Below, piece after piece: positions 60,183-64,000 of a stretch of 64,000 bases of DNA (the first letter of the stretch is position 1; the number at the start of each line of letters is the position of its first letter). Below the pieces are notes generated by a model. The model did not search any database and was not told the DNA's origin. It saw nothing but the letters and a program-made list of their open reading frames with translations. Position numbers and translations under genes: made by a program. This DNA is from Phoronis australis (lineage: Eukaryota; Animalia; Phoronida). The stretch spans positions 213,695 to 277,694 of the forward strand of contig NMRA01000453.1 in NCBI GenBank assembly GCA_002633005.1. Direction: 5' to 3'.

Positions 60183-61003
60183 CAGTGGCGGATCTAGGAT
60201 ATCACAAGGGGGGGGCCAACATTTTGTCTGTAAACATTTGCTCCAACCATGATTGGCGCATAGCACCGAATGGGGGCAAACCCCCTTCCCGCCCAGGAAA
60301 TTTTTCTGTTTTTTTCCTCTAAAAATCAAGCATATTCCTTGATTCCTGAAGTATTATCCAAGAAAAAAAGGCAAAAAAAAAAAACGGAGAAGGTATCAAA
60401 CAGGAAAAACTGCAAGCGTCACAGACTCAAACTCATGACCTGGCGAATAGAGCGAGCTTGCTTTACCACTGCACCACCACGATTTACGTAACTCCTACTT
60501 TGATCCTAAGAGACCTACTTGTTTACGGTCCACAGCGATTGCACGTGAAACCTTCTTTTTGTAATGATTATTACATGTTTTACACTTTGTGCAATCAGTT
60601 CATAACAAATTTGTTGTATTTAAAATAGTCTGTTTTTTCATCATCACAAAGATTCCATTTTCTTTAAAAAATGAAGTAATTTTCTTCACTGCACAGTGGA
60701 GCAGACGACGGAAACAGAGTCGTAGTGCCCAGCGCCACTGCCGGTTGCCTGAGATATTGCAGGCAAGCCTATACTTAGCCATAGTTCCGTTACGATTGCA
60801 TCGTGTTCCGAATTTGACACTTGAAATTGATCTGAGCCCCCCCAACACTAAAACTGCACACATTTAAATCTTTGTTTCAGCCGTATAATTTTAATTACCG
60901 GGGTTAAACTCAACATTTCCCTACGCTCTTACTGTTTTTTTTTTGCAGCAGCCAAAGGGGGGGGACCGGGCCCTCTGGGCTGCCCCCCCTAAATCCGCCT
61001 ATG
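60183..61003. mobile_element. MITE-like element with G-rich imperfect TIRs
   Basis: Left end CAGTGGCGGATCTAGG...GGGGGGGG; right end CCCCCCCTAAATCCGCCTATG. The flanks TACCA and TACCT match at 4/5. Confidence 0.7.
60412..60480 (-). mobile_element. Degenerate tRNA-like/SINE head nested inside the 60183-61003 element
   Basis: The minus strand reads GTGGTGGTGCAGTGGTAAAGCAAGCTCGCTCTATTCGCCAGGTCATGAGTTTGAGTC (A box TGGTGCAGTGG, B-box-like GTTTGAGTC), followed by a T5 run. Confidence 0.5.
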
Positions 61004-63199
61004 TACCTTGTCCATTTGTGCCCGTAAAAACGTATGCACCACTCAAGTCAATCTCTCCTGCTTACACAGAAGACAGATAATCAGATTTGCTGTAGGAGAT
61101 AGTTTCATGGTCCGATCTTGCCCGATTTTTGCCACACAATTTTGACTGCCGTTTGTTCACTACCTGTGGCAAATGCACTGATTTCACAAAATAATTGCGA
61201 AATAAAGGTATTAAACCAAGGAAAACTTCGCAGTTTGGAAGTCACCACAAATTTTGAAATGGATTTCAGGTGAATTTTTGTCAGACTATGATACTCGCCA
61301 TAGCGACTTCATGGCAACTTTCCCAGGTCACCAAACACAATCTGAACTCGAGGAAGTTGTTAAGAGTAATTTCTTTAACATTTTCCATTTTGTGGAGAAA
61401 CTTGGCAATAGACAATTTCCCATGTCAGCCTTATTGTGTGCTAAATACATAAAATATTGCCGTAGTTAACACTGATAGGCACTGAAATTGATGACACTGA
61501 TTTGTATGTTAGCACTGATGGTCACTATTAGTTTTCATTATGTATACAATCACAATTACTTTTAGAGAATCCCTGTTCGGCAATAGCCTTATCTCTTTAA
61601 ATTTTTATGAACATAAAGATATTTTATAGAAGACAAATTGATGTTCACCATTTGCCAAGTTATCATTCCATTTCTGTTTCAACTATAACCTTCGACAATA
61701 GCATGAAACTACTAAAAAGAACCCAAGCTTTATAGTTAATAAAGGCCAGGTAGATGGCACTTCCAAAATTGTGTTGCACATTGATAAAACAATCTACTGT
61801 TATTGGCTAGGTTAATGCCCTGTGCATGAAGATAAGGAGGTGGTTATTTTTTTGCATAAATATACCGGTACTAAAAAGCCTAGACAGCAATTAAAGATTA
61901 GACCTTCACTTTTGTTGATAAGACCAAAATGGGGGAATGCAGTGACGCATGTGTCCTCCTGCAAAACTAAATTATTAGTATTAGATAAATCTCATATCAA
62001 AACAACTTATGGCTAGATAACTCTACCCGTGATGAGACCTCAGTATACAAAGAACTAGAAAACATCTGATTTCCAACAAACTGAAACTGATCAATGCCTT
62101 CACAACAAGTGATAAGTGTTTGAGTTAGCAACTCACAGAATGTACTACCATATAAGACTGACAGCCTCTCCATGAAAAGTTTCCTTTCACATTTACTTAC
62201 AACATGGTTTACCAGGGAGATCAAAACTACAAAATATTTCTTTACACCAAAAGTTCTAACACAAATCTACAGAATTGCTTTGAAATTACCTATGTTATGA
62301 TTATTGTAAAACTTTGGTTGTAAAAGATGTACTGCTTTTTGATAACAAGGAATATAGATCTTAAATAGTTTCAGTCTAAGTGATTACAAAAATTCATCTG
62401 CCCGGGAATAGATAGGAAATGACCATTATTATGACATTAACCCCACAAAAGGGGAGCTTTTTCATGGAAGTATGCTACAAATAGACATCCTTTTACCAAT
62501 ACCACTCTCTGAATGTGGTGTACCCTAACTTTCCAGGTCCACCCAAAGTCAAAAGTATAATAGTAAGAGTATCCCCATGGTAGTGACTTCTCAGTGGGCA
62601 ATTGATGAGGTTACCATAAAATTCATTGTTCGTAGGGAGACAAGTGTACTGATCCCTAGCCTGAAGTTACTAGTTTAATTGCTAGTGAGCAGCGGCAACA
62701 AAATACGTTGGTTGGTGGTTGCGCTGTTTAAGTGTATTCAGGGGTGGAAGGCAACTCACATGACAAGTGTGCACACTGTGCAAAAAGCAAGGGAACTTAG
62801 ACTTTAACCACACTCTGGCATTGTCTCTTACGACTACAGACATTTTTAGTGAAAAGAACCTTAAAAACAATTACACATTGAAATTGGATTGAGTTATCCA
62901 GTCACTTGCATTGCATATTGTCTGTGTAAAGTGTCTGAATGTGGTTGGATCAGGTGCTATGGTAATTATTAAGTTACTATTAAGTTTTCGCCAAAGCGTG
63001 CACACCACCAGATTCTATCACCTCAATAAAGTTGACGATAAAAGTGCATATGGGTATAGCACGCAAGGGTGTGCAGTTGTTTCACCTGTGTCTGTGATGG
63101 GGAAGAATCTGTTTCCAACCTGGATCACAGAATATGACAGAAAATTAGTCACTTAAAAATGTAGGCCAATAGCTACTACAACTGATGAACTGATCAAGT

Positions 63200-63900
63200 A
63201 CGTAACATCGGTGCCTGGAGTAGTACTCTCATCAGCCGATCGACGCTGCACTATATCTATAGCGTAACGTCGAACGGCTGATAAACGTCCCTGTGCCAGG
63301 ACCAGTTGGATATGATACCTACGCTATAATAACGCCACAGCGAAAATGGTATGCGGGACAAGTCCAGAGGCAGAGCATAACTCACCGTATGCCTAGGCGT
63401 AGCGTAATGGCTTCAGCGCGTAATTAAAAGAAAACGTTCGAGGGCCTACATGTTAGTATAGTAGTCTTCGTTGTTGAAGGCGAAATTGGACTCCTGCAAT
63501 CAGCAACAGCAAAATCCTACAGTCGCACAGACAACGCACAGGTGCAAGCCACTGTCTAAAAACTGAGAGTGCAACTCCGGAAGTATTACATCAAATGACC
63601 CCTAGCAGGTGATATCACGTGACAATTGTTTAAACGCGGGAAATCCAATATAATCCTCAGTAGGGCTGCGTGCACCCATCGGATCGACTTATTCTGCGCC
63701 AAGGGCGTCGCGCAAACACAGACTAGTTTTGAAAAGACTGTTGGAATCAATTTTTCTAAATCCGACAAAATCCTTGCAACAAAAGTTTGCCAAGCCTACT
63801 CGGGTCGGATCAAGTTTCTATCATACGGGACTCGCAGCGTCGTTGTGACTGACACCGTGACTCTCCAGCAACCAGAGTTGACAAAATCGAAGTAACTTAG
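63200..63900 (-). promoter_or_regulatory. CpG-rich, promoter-like region with a candidate non-coding first exon (~63386-63850, - strand)
   Basis: High CpG density, an Inr-like TCAGTC on - at 63852-63847, and a donor ACG|GTGAG on - (GT at 63385-63384). The link to the vWA gene is inferred only. Confidence 0.35.
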
Positions 63901-63978
63901 TGGCACGAGCCTTAAATTAGCGTCTCATTTACCATACCTACAAATCCGCTATCTCAAAGCCACAAAATTGTGTAGCTT

Positions 63979-64000
63979 CATAGGCGGATTTAGGGGGGGG
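63979..64000 (+). mobile_element. Start of another copy of the 60183-61003 MITE family (truncated by the window edge)
   Basis: CATAGGCGGATTTAGGGGGGG is the exact reverse complement of the terminus ending at 61003. Confidence 0.7.

Overview
AT-rich, intron-rich eukaryotic (animal) DNA, most likely from a marine invertebrate and plausibly a non-vertebrate deuterostome; the species cannot be fixed from the sequence. I assembled exons by hand from GT-AG boundaries and checked reading-frame phase. The window holds: the last coding exon of an unidentified + strand gene ending in ...GKESDV (509-628); FBXO21 (+, 11 coding exons, 617 aa); TEKT1/tektin C (-, 5 coding exons, 402 aa), convergent with FBXO21; SLC25A1, the mitochondrial citrate carrier (+, 7 coding exons, 323 aa), sharing a short head-to-head promoter with TEKT1; and an intronless-CDS, membrane-anchored copine/RGLG-type vWA gene (-, 353 aa). 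Introns and intergenic DNA carry many non-autonomous elements: near-perfect palindromes, MITEs, tRNA-derived SINEs, Helentron/HINE-like elements and minisatellites. Most short ORFs in the supplied track are spurious. There is no CRISPR array, operon or prokaryotic system. The most unusual items are a ~280-bp palindrome made of two divergent tRNA-like Pol III units in FBXO21 intron 6, a SINE + Helentron-like composite seen twice, and the TEKT1/SLC25A1 promoter, which pairs ciliary (RFX/forkhead/CCAAT) motifs with a perfect DR1 nuclear-receptor element. I cannot claim that any of these is undescribed without database searches.
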